A stretch of DNA of 20,000 nt, taken from sequence record SRR2962707_1739; one strand, 5' to 3'. The notes below the pieces were generated by a model, which saw nothing but the letters and a program-made list of their open reading frames with translations, searched no databases and was not told the origin of the DNA. This document shows, in pieces, positions 9,070-17,452 of the stretch (positions are counted from its first letter, which is position 1; each line of letters starts with the position of its first letter). The position numbers and the translations under genes are program-made.

Positions 9070-9531
9070 GTGGACAAGACAAATTGGAAGTTGCTCAAAG
9101 CGTTAGAAAGCAATGCCCGTCTCACCTACGCCGAGTTGGGGAAGCTGGTTCATCTTTCTGCCCCTGCTGTTGCCGAACGGGTTCGTAAGCTTGAAGAGTC
9201 TGGGGTGATCACCGGCTATGGTGCCAAAATCAATTTAGAAAAAGTGGGTATTCCGATCACGGCGCTGGTGGCTTGTCATGTTTATCGAACCAAAGAGCGT
9301 GAGTTTAAAGCGCTAATACTCAATCTTGATGAAGTGATCTCTTGCCATAATGTCACAGGGCCTTACGCTTTTGTACTAAGAGTCGCTGTACGCTCCATGT
9401 CCTTATTGGATGAATTGCTGGAGCGTCTCATTGAGTTTAGTGATACCAACACCATGATGATTTTAGCGTCGCCTGTGGTGCGAGAAATGCCTGTTAATAT
9501 TGAGAAAATGGTTATTTCAGAAGAATATTAA
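9070..9531 (+). CDS. Lrp/AsnC-family transcriptional regulator
   Basis: MDKTN...NARLTYAELGKLVHLSAPAVAERVRKLEESGVITGY; GTG start after GGGGGA. Confidence 0.92.
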   Translation: MDKTNWKLLKALESNARLTYAELGKLVHLSAPAVAERVRKLEESGVITGYGAKINLEKVGIPITALVACHVYRTKEREFKALILNLDEVISCHNVTGPYAFVLRVAVRSMSLLDELLERLIEFSDTNTMMILASPVVREMPVNIEKMVISEEY

Positions 9532-10403
9532 GGTACGACGACAACCGTTTCTTTGGGGCTTCTTGGCCACTGGCTAACTATGATACCGATTAGAATGAAG
9601 CCACACCCAATGAGCGCGCGAGTCGACAGTGTTTCTCCCATCAGCATCCATCCACCTATCACAGAAAAAACCCCTTCCGTGGACAGAATCAATGCACTTA
9701 CGCTTGGTGAGACATTTTTTTGCCCTAACGTTTGCAGTGTGAAGGCAATGCCTGATGATGCCACGCCAGTATAAATTAATGGCCACCAAGCAAGTTCAAA
9801 CCCTTTTAATGTAGGGCTTTCTAGTGTTAATGCTGTGAGGCAGGCAAATAGAGTCGCGACCATAAACTGCACTATTGATAAAGGCAGTGCGGATACATAA
9901 CGGGATAAATAGGCGATAATCAGCACGTGAGCGGTCCAGAAAAAGGTGCCAACCAATTCGATAGCATCGCCTTTGTTGATACTGAAGTTAGGCCCAACCG
10001 TTAGGCAATAGAGACCAATAATCGCCAACACAACCCCTACCCAAAGGTTAGATTCGGTTTTATGACCGAGTAGAATGCCAGCAATAGGCACCAGTACAAT
10101 GTACATGCTGGTAATAAAGCCTGCATTTCCTGCCGTTGTATATTGTAAGCCTACTTGTTGGAACGTTGAGCCGAGGAAAAGACAACCCCCCCCAGCGATT
10201 CCCCCTAACCATAATTGCTTAGCGTGTTGGCTTTTTTTGGGCTTGAAGATGAGCAGTAAAGGCAACAGTGACAGCGTCGCTAAGAGAAATCGTGCCGCAT
10301 TAAAACTGTGTGGGCCGATAGAATCCATCGCCACACTTTGGGCTACAAAGGCAAAGCCCCAAATGGCGGCCGTGGACCATAAAAAAAGATGGGCAATAGA
10401 CAT
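9528..10403 (-). CDS. DMT/EamA-family transporter
   Basis: About 10 TM helices in two EamA repeats (AIWGFAFVAQ, GLQYTTAGNAGFITS, GETLS). Confidence 0.9.
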   Translation of the reverse strand: MSIAHLFLWSTAAIWGFAFVAQSVAMDSIGPHSFNAARFLLATLSLLPLLLIFKPKKSQHAKQLWLGGIAGGGCLFLGSTFQQVGLQYTTAGNAGFITSMYIVLVPIAGILLGHKTESNLWVGVVLAIIGLYCLTVGPNFSINKGDAIELVGTFFWTAHVLIIAYLSRYVSALPLSIVQFMVATLFACLTALTLESPTLKGFELAWWPLIYTGVASSGIAFTLQTLGQKNVSPSVSALILSTEGVFSVIGGWMLMGETLSTRALIGCGFILIGIIVSQWPRSPKETVVVVP

Positions 10404-10689
10404 AATAATCCTCTGATGGTTTTGTGTAATAACGTACTTGTCAAAGCTGCGCAGTTAAGTCAGGCAATAGTACGGGGCGGACTCATTTGCCAACAGTGGA
10501 AAAAAAGGGTTCTTTTGCGCTTTCGCTTTGGATTCCAAAGCAAAAGATAAGGTTGGCTTTGTTTTGTTAACCGGTAGCGTTTTGGGGTGTTTTTTTTGCG
10601 TTCCCTTCATCAAATAACGTCTTTTCGCAGGACATGAGAAAGAACCTTGCTCTGTGCACTTTTTTCCGTTGAAAACGCTTTTTTCGCAG

Positions 10690-10718
10690 CTGACAGCTAA
10701 CCATTTACAGAGTAAAGT
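10690..10718 (+). promoter_or_regulatory. Putative sigma70 promoter of the LysE gene
   Basis: CTGACA-17 bp-TAAAGT, about 70 bp upstream of ATG 10790. Confidence 0.5.
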
Positions 10719-10789
10719 CGAGCGCCTTTTTTCTTATTATTAAATCGTCACTGACGATTTTTTTGCTGACTTGTGTAGGTTCGATTGTT

Positions 10790-11425
10790 ATGACATTTAG
10801 TGTGTGGTTGACCATGGCGCCTTTGTTGATGTTGCTGTCTTTAGGGCCAGGTCCCAATAACTTTACAGCGATGCATAATGGTATTCAGGTGGGAGCCAGA
10901 AAAGCGGTGATTGCCGTGGTGGGGCGAAACCTAGCGTTCAGTATTTTGATGCTGGTGTCCGCACTAGGGTTGGGCGCCGTTATAGTGTCCTCTGCTTTTT
11001 GGTTTAGCGTGGTGAAATGGGTTGGCGTCGCGTATTTGTTTTATGTTGGTATCAAAACATGGCGTAGCGCCGCGGTTGTTTTAGAAGAGCACGAGACTGA
11101 AAATGGCACCAAGGCAAAGCGAGGTCACCAAGCGAGAATGCGTCAAGAGTTCTTAGTGGCGATTAGCAATCCTAAAGCGATTTTGCTGTTTACCGCGATT
11201 TTCCCACAGCTGCTAGATTTGAGTAAATCCGTGCCTGAGCAGTTTTTTTGGATGGGAGTGACCTTTTGTTGTACCGAATTTATCGCGGCGTATGTTTATG
11301 CGATGAGTGGCAAGCAGATTCGTCGTTTGATTCGGAGTCCAAAAGGCTTGCGAAATATGAATCGAGGCATGGGTAGTGTGTTTGTTTTAGCGAGTGCTTT
11401 TTTGGCAACAGCGTCTCGAATCTAA
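10790..11425 (+). CDS. LysE/RhtB-family amino-acid efflux protein
   Basis: LGPGPNN, VKWVGVAYLFYVG and VAISNPKAILLFTAIFPQ motifs. Start ATG 10790 follows GTAGGT and is preferred over TTG 10763. Confidence 0.9.
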   Translation: MTFSVWLTMAPLLMLLSLGPGPNNFTAMHNGIQVGARKAVIAVVGRNLAFSILMLVSALGLGAVIVSSAFWFSVVKWVGVAYLFYVGIKTWRSAAVVLEEHETENGTKAKRGHQARMRQEFLVAISNPKAILLFTAIFPQLLDLSKSVPEQFFWMGVTFCCTEFIAAYVYAMSGKQIRRLIRSPKGLRNMNRGMGSVFVLASAFLATASRI

Positions 11426-11433
11426 TCAAAGAT

Positions 11434-11463
11434 AAAAAAACGGAGCATGATGCTCCGTTTTTT
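11434..11463. terminator. Bidirectional intrinsic terminator between LysE and luxS
   Basis: A7-CGGAGCA-TGA-TGCTCCG-T6 between convergent genes. Confidence 0.93.
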
Positions 11464-11488
11464 AGATTAATAATCCGCTCGCTTAAGA

Positions 11489-12001
11489 TTAGCTGTGTTC
11501 TTTTAAGAACTCTTCGCTAAGGTAAAGCTCTTCGTTAGAGTTTACTTTCACGTCACGGTCTAGAATCATTTTGGCAATCTCTTGAGCTTCTTCTAAAGAG
11601 TGCATTTCGTAGGTACCGCACTGGTATTCGTTTAGCTCAGGGATGTCGGCTTTTGCTTTTACGGTTAGCACATCTTCCATCGCCGCTTTCCAAGACGCCG
11701 CAACCACTTCTTCAGAAGGTTGGCCCACTAGGCTCATGTAAAAACCAGTACGACAGCCCATTGGAGAAATATCAATGACTTCTACGTTGTCGCTGTTCAA
11801 ATGGTTGCGCATAAAGCCCGCGAACAAATGCTCTAAAGTATGAATGCCCTTTTCAGATAAAATCTCTTCGTTAGGAACACAGAAACGAAGGTCAAATACG
11901 GTAATTGTATCGCCTTTAGGGGTAGCCATGGATTTCGCAACACGAACGGCTGGTGCGTCCATGCGGGTATGGTCAACTCGAAAACTGTCTAATAGTGGCA
12001 T
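11489..12001 (-). CDS. luxS: S-ribosylhomocysteine lyase (AI-2 synthase) LuxS
   Basis: [28 protein letters not shown] (HxxEH), [10 protein letters not shown] and NEYQCG; AAGGAG Shine-Dalgarno. Confidence 0.98.
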   Translation of the reverse strand: MPLLDSFRVDHTRMDAPAVRVAKSMATPKGDTITVFDLRFCVPNEEILSEKGIHTLEHLFAGFMRNHLNSDNVEVIDISPMGCRTGFYMSLVGQPSEEVVAASWKAAMEDVLTVKAKADIPELNEYQCGTYEMHSLEEAQEIAKMILDRDVKVNSNEELYLSEEFLKEHS

Positions 12002-12060
12002 CTCTTGTCTCCTTTACAGATAAAAGCCGTTAGCGCCTTTTATGCATGAATTTAATGGCG

Positions 12061-13335
12061 TCATTGTACATGAATTTCATGGTCTAGCATGAGGTTTTTC
12101 CTGCCTTTGTAATATTCAAAATACATTGCAATAGCAAAAATAGACAAGGCAAAGAGCATACTGACGCCAACAAAATACGTCATCAGTAAACAGGTTGTAG
12201 ACGCCATAAAGCCTAACCATTTCTGATGGCTAGGTAGAAGTTTTAATGAGGTGATGCAAGTGAGTGTGTAGATAAGCAAAAAGGCCCCGTTGGTCATCTC
12301 TATAAACCAATGCAGAGACCATTCAGAGAAATAGCTCAAAAGAATGGACGCGAGCGTTAACCCCGTCACCAAATAGACAGCGTAAATCGGCGTACCTTGT
12401 TTTGACAAATACGAAAAAGCGTGCGGCAGTGCTCCTTGAGATGACATGGATTGCACCATGCGAGCGAAACCTAATAAATACATGCCAGTGTTGGCGAAAG
12501 CGATGATGAAAGCGCCAATGGCAAACAGCTTTTTAGAAGGCTCTCCAAAAATTTGTCCGACCAATAAAGCCAGTGATTGGCTATTCGTAATTTCATCGCC
12601 ATAGGTGTGGTGCTGAGTAATTAATAGAACCAAGGCGAGATACAGGGCAATAACAATGAGCATGCCGCCAAGCAAGGCAATGGGGAAATCTCGTGCTGGA
12701 TTTTTGAATTCAGCCCCCATATGAGCCATGACTTCAATACCGATAAAACACCAAAAAATAGTACCAATCGCCAAGGATGCCGTTTGCCATTGTGACCACG
12801 ATAGTGGTGTCTCTATGGTGTGAGTTGCGCCGAGTAAATCGCCTTTCCAGGATAGAAGCACCACCACAGTAATTAAAGCAACGACGACCATGGCTTGAAA
12901 TCGTGAGGAGTTTTTTATTCCGGCCAAAGCATACAGGGCAGTGGTAAAGACAGTTATGATGCTTAGTATGAAAACGCTGTCTTGTTGAAGGTTAAGCGCC
13001 ACGGCTAGATAAGCCGCGGCAATGTTGATTGCCACCGCAGGGCCTACAAACAAAATGCTTAAGAAAAGCCAGCCGACGGCTTTCTCTGCTTTCTTTCCGA
13101 ACGCACGACCAATGTAATGAGACGCTCCGCCGGCAGAAGGGAAACGACTGCCTAACAGAGCGAAAACAAACGCCACAGGCAACACAATGGCGGTGGTAAT
13201 TAGCCAGGCATAAAGCGCGAAACCGTTAGCCTGACTGACGGATAAAGCGGGCAGCAGCATTAAGCCAGTACCAACAAAAGTGGTGACTGTCATTGCTATG
13301 CCTTGCAAAGGCCCCAAAGTGCGCTGATATTGCAT
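12061..13335 (-). CDS. yjeH: APC-superfamily L-methionine/branched-chain amino-acid exporter, YjeH-like
   Basis: About 12 TM helices; QGIAMTVTTFVGTG, FPSAGGASHY and FWCFIGIEVMAHMGAEFKNPARDFP motifs. Confidence 0.78.
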   Translation of the reverse strand: MQYQRTLGPLQGIAMTVTTFVGTGLMLLPALSVSQANGFALYAWLITTAIVLPVAFVFALLGSRFPSAGGASHYIGRAFGKKAEKAVGWLFLSILFVGPAVAINIAAAYLAVALNLQQDSVFILSIITVFTTALYALAGIKNSSRFQAMVVVALITVVVLLSWKGDLLGATHTIETPLSWSQWQTASLAIGTIFWCFIGIEVMAHMGAEFKNPARDFPIALLGGMLIVIALYLALVLLITQHHTYGDEITNSQSLALLVGQIFGEPSKKLFAIGAFIIAFANTGMYLLGFARMVQSMSSQGALPHAFSYLSKQGTPIYAVYLVTGLTLASILLSYFSEWSLHWFIEMTNGAFLLIYTLTCITSLKLLPSHQKWLGFMASTTCLLMTYFVGVSMLFALSIFAIAMYFEYYKGRKNLMLDHEIHVQ

Positions 13336-13481
13336 TGAGTTAATCCTGACAATGTAAATGAATGTGGCATAGAATACGCCATATAGCTGGGATATAGACC
13401 TAGCATAATGAGGTTTAAGACCGTCAATTTGCAGCTTTTAAGTGACAGCTTGTAGGGTTGCGGTGCCATTGAGAAGACAAA

Positions 13482-13913
13482 ATGCAGTTAGATAAATACG
13501 ATAAAAGAATAATAGCCTTACTGGTGGAAGATGCTCGACAGTCAGTGTCAGACATTGGCAGACAGATTAACCTGTCTCGCTCTGCCGTGACCGATCGCAT
13601 CAAACGTATGGAAGAAAAAGGCTATATTACGGGATATCATGCGCACATTAATTACGGTTCTGCGTTAGCCGTCAGCGCGTATTTCTCGATCACTTTTCGG
13701 CCGTTGTCGTGTGAGCTTATCCAGCCTTATATCGATGCATTAGCGGAGGTTAAACTGGCACACTCTATTAGCGGCGATGTGGATTTAATGTTATTGGTAG
13801 AAGCGCCGAGTATGACTCGGTTAAATGAAATCCGTAGTGAAATGGATCAGTGGCCAAATGTGGCTAAAGTGGTCACACACATGTGCTTGTCGTCTCGCCT
13901 TGAGCGTGTTTGA
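13482..13913 (+). CDS. Lrp/AsnC-family regulator, divergent from yjeH
   Basis: LDKYDKRII...DARQSVSDIGRQINLSRSAVTDRIKRME...ITGY and SISGDVD. Confidence 0.92.
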   Translation: MQLDKYDKRIIALLVEDARQSVSDIGRQINLSRSAVTDRIKRMEEKGYITGYHAHINYGSALAVSAYFSITFRPLSCELIQPYIDALAEVKLAHSISGDVDLMLLVEAPSMTRLNEIRSEMDQWPNVAKVVTHMCLSSRLERV

Positions 13914-13976
13914 GTTATGAATTACACGTTCTTCTAAACGCATTTAAGTTTTACTCTGTCGATAGGGAGGTCTGCT

Positions 13977-15716
13977 CTGAGTGAATTCAATTTAAAAGAA
14001 AAATGGCGACAGCAACGGCGCTCAAATGATGACTTATTGGTGCTGTCTTTATTGGGCGCGGTGTGCGGCTTGCTCAGTGCGTTAGTCATGGCACTGCTGT
14101 ATTGGCTTATCATGTCGCTCAGTCATTTGTTTATGGCTGGCGGTAGCGAGGCGTTCGAGAGTCTGCCGATTGAATTGCGCGCGGTCATTCCTATTGTTGC
14201 CTGCTTTATATTAGCGGTTATTTTTACCTTGCTTCCCTCTAAACTTCGCAGTGTAGGGGTTCCCTATGTTGTAGAGCGGTTGAATTATCATCAAGGCATT
14301 CTTCCTGTGTTAAATGCCGTCGTGCAATTTTTTACCGTGGCAATTAGCTTGATCGGGGGCTTGTCTGTTGGTAAAGAGGGGCCAGCGGTTCATTTGGGGG
14401 CGACCTTTGGCAGTTATCTTGCGCAAAAAGGCCGTTTGCCTCAATACGGCGTTGAGACGTTAGTCGCTTGCGGTGTTGCAGGCGCCATTGCTGCCGCGTT
14501 TCAAACCCCTGTAGCAGGCGTTTTGTTTGCTTTTGAAGTGATTTTTATTGAATACCGTATGGGCATGGCGTTGCCGGTTTTGTTGTCTTCGGTTGTTGGT
14601 ATGCTGGTGAGTGAATATTTACTTGGCAGCATTGAAATCTTTGATATTGATCATTTGTCTACGGCGCAGTTCACTCCTGACTTTTTTCTTGCTTGTCTTG
14701 CTCTGGTTGGCTTTATAGTGATATTGGCCTTTCTTTTTTTGAAAGTGCAAAAAATCTTGTGGCGAATCGGAAAGGTGTCTGTTTGGTGGCGTTTTTCTTT
14801 GGTTGCATTGGTCACTTCCATTGTGGCTATTTATTTACCAGAGGCGTTAGGCGGAGGCTACGACTCACTGCTTTCTTTACTGTCTGGTCAGGTCCTTGTT
14901 AGCTCTTTGTTGGTTATCATAGTCGTGAAAACGCTGCTTACTTCTGTGTCAATTGGATTGGGGATTCCCGGCGGCATGATTGGCCCTACTTTTGTGATTG
15001 GTGGGCTAGCTGGTGCGCAGGTGGCTTTTTTGTTTGATAGTGTGCTGTCCCATAATCATGAAATGGCCTTGTTCATTTTATTAGGCATGGCCGCTATGAT
15101 GGCGGCTTGTTTTCAAGCGCCTCTCACGGCATTGATTGCCATGATTGAAATGACTCATACATCAGAAGTCATTGTTCCTGCGATGCTGGTTATTGTCTTA
15201 TCGTGTTTGATCATGCGGCTCTTGTTTCGGCAGGACTCTGCGTTTGTGCAGCGCTTAGAATACGTCGGCTTATCTTCATCTGTGAGTCCTTTTCGCCGTT
15301 ATTTACGACACCATACGGTCACCTCGGTTGCCGAGCCTGTGGTGGTGCTGCCGGCTCATGAGTCCTTAGAGCGACTAAAAGATCTTGGCTCAAGTGTGGT
15401 AGACTACGTGGCTTTTGAGTCGGACGGTAAGTGGATGTTGGCGCGTCGAGAAGCCGTGTTGAGTGCGTTGCAATCGATTCATTTTGGGCCTCCTCCATTT
15501 TTGGTTGTTGATGATGATCGTATTTTAATGGATTTAACAAAAGCGTTAGACTACACCCCATCAATGGTCATTCCTGAGCCGACTTCTTTAGAGAAAATGC
15601 TCTCTTGGTTTCAGACTTCGGGTCGAGCGGATGTATTGGTAGAAATTAAGCAAGGAGATAAAATGTGTTTAGTATCTCGTCGGCAGTTAGATCAATTTTT
15701 ATTGAAGGATAATTAA
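13977..15716 (+). CDS. CLC-family anion channel/transporter with a C-terminal soluble (degenerate CBS-like) region; probable CTG start at 13977 (ORF track start 14037)
   Basis: GKEGP, ACGVAGAIAAAFQTPVAG, GGMIGP and APLTA motifs; GGAGG at 13966-13970 lies 6 nt before an in-frame CTG. Confidence 0.85.
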   Translation: MSEFNLKEKWRQQRRSNDDLLVLSLLGAVCGLLSALVMALLYWLIMSLSHLFMAGGSEAFESLPIELRAVIPIVACFILAVIFTLLPSKLRSVGVPYVVERLNYHQGILPVLNAVVQFFTVAISLIGGLSVGKEGPAVHLGATFGSYLAQKGRLPQYGVETLVACGVAGAIAAAFQTPVAGVLFAFEVIFIEYRMGMALPVLLSSVVGMLVSEYLLGSIEIFDIDHLSTAQFTPDFFLACLALVGFIVILAFLFLKVQKILWRIGKVSVWWRFSLVALVTSIVAIYLPEALGGGYDSLLSLLSGQVLVSSLLVIIVVKTLLTSVSIGLGIPGGMIGPTFVIGGLAGAQVAFLFDSVLSHNHEMALFILLGMAAMMAACFQAPLTALIAMIEMTHTSEVIVPAMLVIVLSCLIMRLLFRQDSAFVQRLEYVGLSSSVSPFRRYLRHHTVTSVAEPVVVLPAHESLERLKDLGSSVVDYVAFESDGKWMLARREAVLSALQSIHFGPPPFLVVDDDRILMDLTKALDYTPSMVIPEPTSLEKMLSWFQTSGRADVLVEIKQGDKMCLVSRRQLDQFLLKDN

Positions 15717-15718
15717 CT

Positions 15719-16141
15719 ATGTTGTGGATAAAGGCGTTCCACGTGATTTCTTTGGTGTGTTGGTTTGCCGCACTTTTTTATCTTCCTAGGTTGTTTGTTT
15801 ATCATGCAAGCAGCACGGATCAGGCGAGCATTGATCGTTTTAAAATTATGGAAAGAAAGCTTTATCGGGGCATTATGACGCCAGCCGCGATAGCTACCGT
15901 AGTTTTTGGTATTTGGTTAGTCTCATACAGTCCGTCTTATTATCTAAGCGCGGCTTGGTTTCATGCCAAAATCACCTTGGTTATTATTTTATTAGGTTAT
16001 CATCATGCCTGTGGACGTTTGTTGAAAAAGTTCGCAGCAGACCAAAATACCCGAGGGCATGTTTTTTATCGTTGGTTTAACGAATTCCCAGTCATCATAC
16101 TCATCGCTATTGTTATTTTAGTGATTGTTAAGCCTTTTTAA
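15719..16141 (+). CDS. hemJ: Protoporphyrinogen IX oxidase HemJ
   Basis: MLWIKAFH, LFYLPRLFVYH, MERKLY and RWFNEFP...VIVKPF. Confidence 0.95.
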   Translation: MLWIKAFHVISLVCWFAALFYLPRLFVYHASSTDQASIDRFKIMERKLYRGIMTPAAIATVVFGIWLVSYSPSYYLSAAWFHAKITLVIILLGYHHACGRLLKKFAADQNTRGHVFYRWFNEFPVIILIAIVILVIVKPF

Positions 16142-16168
16142 CTTTGATTTGTAGAGTCGAGATATATT

Positions 16169-17452
16169 ATGAGTCGTTCAGAAGATTTGTACGCAAGAGC
16201 ACAACACCGTATTCCTGGTGGCGTAAACTCCCCAGTAAGAGCATTTAATGGTGTCGGCGGGACTCCGGTATTTTTCCATCAAGGAAAGGGCGCTTACCTT
16301 TTTGATGAAGATAAAAAACGCTATATCGACTATGTTGGGTCTTGGGGGCCGATGATTCTTGGTCATTCTCATCCTGATGTATTAGACGCCGTACGTAAGC
16401 AATTGGATTTAGGCTTAAGCTTTGGTGCACCAACAGAAGTCGAAATCACCATGGCAGAAAAAGTCTGTGAGTTGGTTCCTTCGATGGACATGGTTCGCAT
16501 GGTGAACTCTGGTACTGAAGCCACTATGAGTGCGATTCGACTGGCTCGCGGTTACACGGGACGTGATAAAATTGTCAAGTTTGAAGGTTGCTATCATGGC
16601 CATTCAGACTCCCTGTTAGTAAAAGCAGGCTCAGGTGCATTGACGTTGGGCGTGCCTAATTCTCCAGGTGTCCCTGCTGATCTGGCACAACATACTTTAA
16701 CTTTGCAATACAATGATATTGAAGAAGTGAAGCAGTGTTTTGCCGAGTTGGGGGATCAAATTGCTTGTATTATTGTTGAGCCGATTGCTGGCAATATGAA
16801 CTGTGTTCCACCGGTTACAGGATTCTTGGAAACGCTTCGAGAAGTGTGTGATGAATCAGGGGCTGTGCTTATTTTTGATGAGGTAATGACAGGCTTTCGA
16901 GTGGCGCTAGGTGGTGCTCAAGAACGCTTTTCTATTACGCCAGATTTAACCACGCTAGGAAAAATCATAGGGGCAGGTATGCCTGTTGGTGCTTTTGGTG
17001 GCAAACGAGAAATTATGTCGCACATTTCTCCTTTAGGCCCAGTGTATCAAGCGGGAACCTTGTCGGGTAATCCAGTTGCTATGGTGGCAGGTCTTGCGGT
17101 ATTAAATAAAATCAGTGAGCCAGGTTTTCATCAGACGCTAGGCGAAAAAGCCAATCGTTTAGTTTCTGGCTTAAAAGCGGCGGCGGATGAGGTCGGTATT
17201 CCTTTTTGTGTGGTCAATGAAGGTGGCATGTTTGGCTTCTTCTTTACGGACGCAGAGAAAGTGACGCGCTTTGCGGATGTGCAAAAATGTGATGTTAAGC
17301 GTTTTGGGGCTTTTTTCCATCATATGTTGGAAGAAGGGGTATATTTTGCCCCAGCGGCGTTTGAGGCGGGCTTTATCTCTCAAGCACACACAGAAGAAGA
17401 CATTGATTTTACTATTGAGGCTGCGAAACGTTCATTCGCAAAGTTACTATAA
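16169..17452 (+). CDS. hemL: Glutamate-1-semialdehyde 2,1-aminomutase
   Basis: [42 protein letters not shown] (PLP lysine) and [10 protein letters not shown]. Confidence 0.98.
   Translation: MSRSEDLYARAQHRIPGGVNSPVRAFNGVGGTPVFFHQGKGAYLFDEDKKRYIDYVGSWGPMILGHSHPDVLDAVRKQLDLGLSFGAPTEVEITMAEKVCELVPSMDMVRMVNSGTEATMSAIRLARGYTGRDKIVKFEGCYHGHSDSLLVKAGSGALTLGVPNSPGVPADLAQHTLTLQYNDIEEVKQCFAELGDQIACIIVEPIAGNMNCVPPVTGFLETLREVCDESGAVLIFDEVMTGFRVALGGAQERFSITPDLTTLGKIIGAGMPVGAFGGKREIMSHISPLGPVYQAGTLSGNPVAMVAGLAVLNKISEPGFHQTLGEKANRLVSGLKAAADEVGIPFCVVNEGGMFGFFFTDAEKVTRFADVQKCDVKRFGAFFHHMLEEGVYFAPAAFEAGFISQAHTEEDIDFTIEAAKRSFAKLL

Noticed and set aside
10634..10672. Mini-ORF MRKNLALCTFFR as a LysE leader peptide
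   Set aside because: The Shine-Dalgarno-like AGGA is too close to the ATG, there is no regulatory codon run, and it lies upstream of the best promoter candidate.
13935..13965. Sigma28-like promoter (TAAA or TAAG ... GTCGATAG) before the CLC gene
   Set aside because: The spacer is 19 or 9 bp, not the required ~15 bp.
13914..15716. Fluoride exporter (CLC-F) with a fluoride riboswitch
   Set aside because: CLC-F signature motifs are absent and no crcB riboswitch consensus is visible in the short leader.
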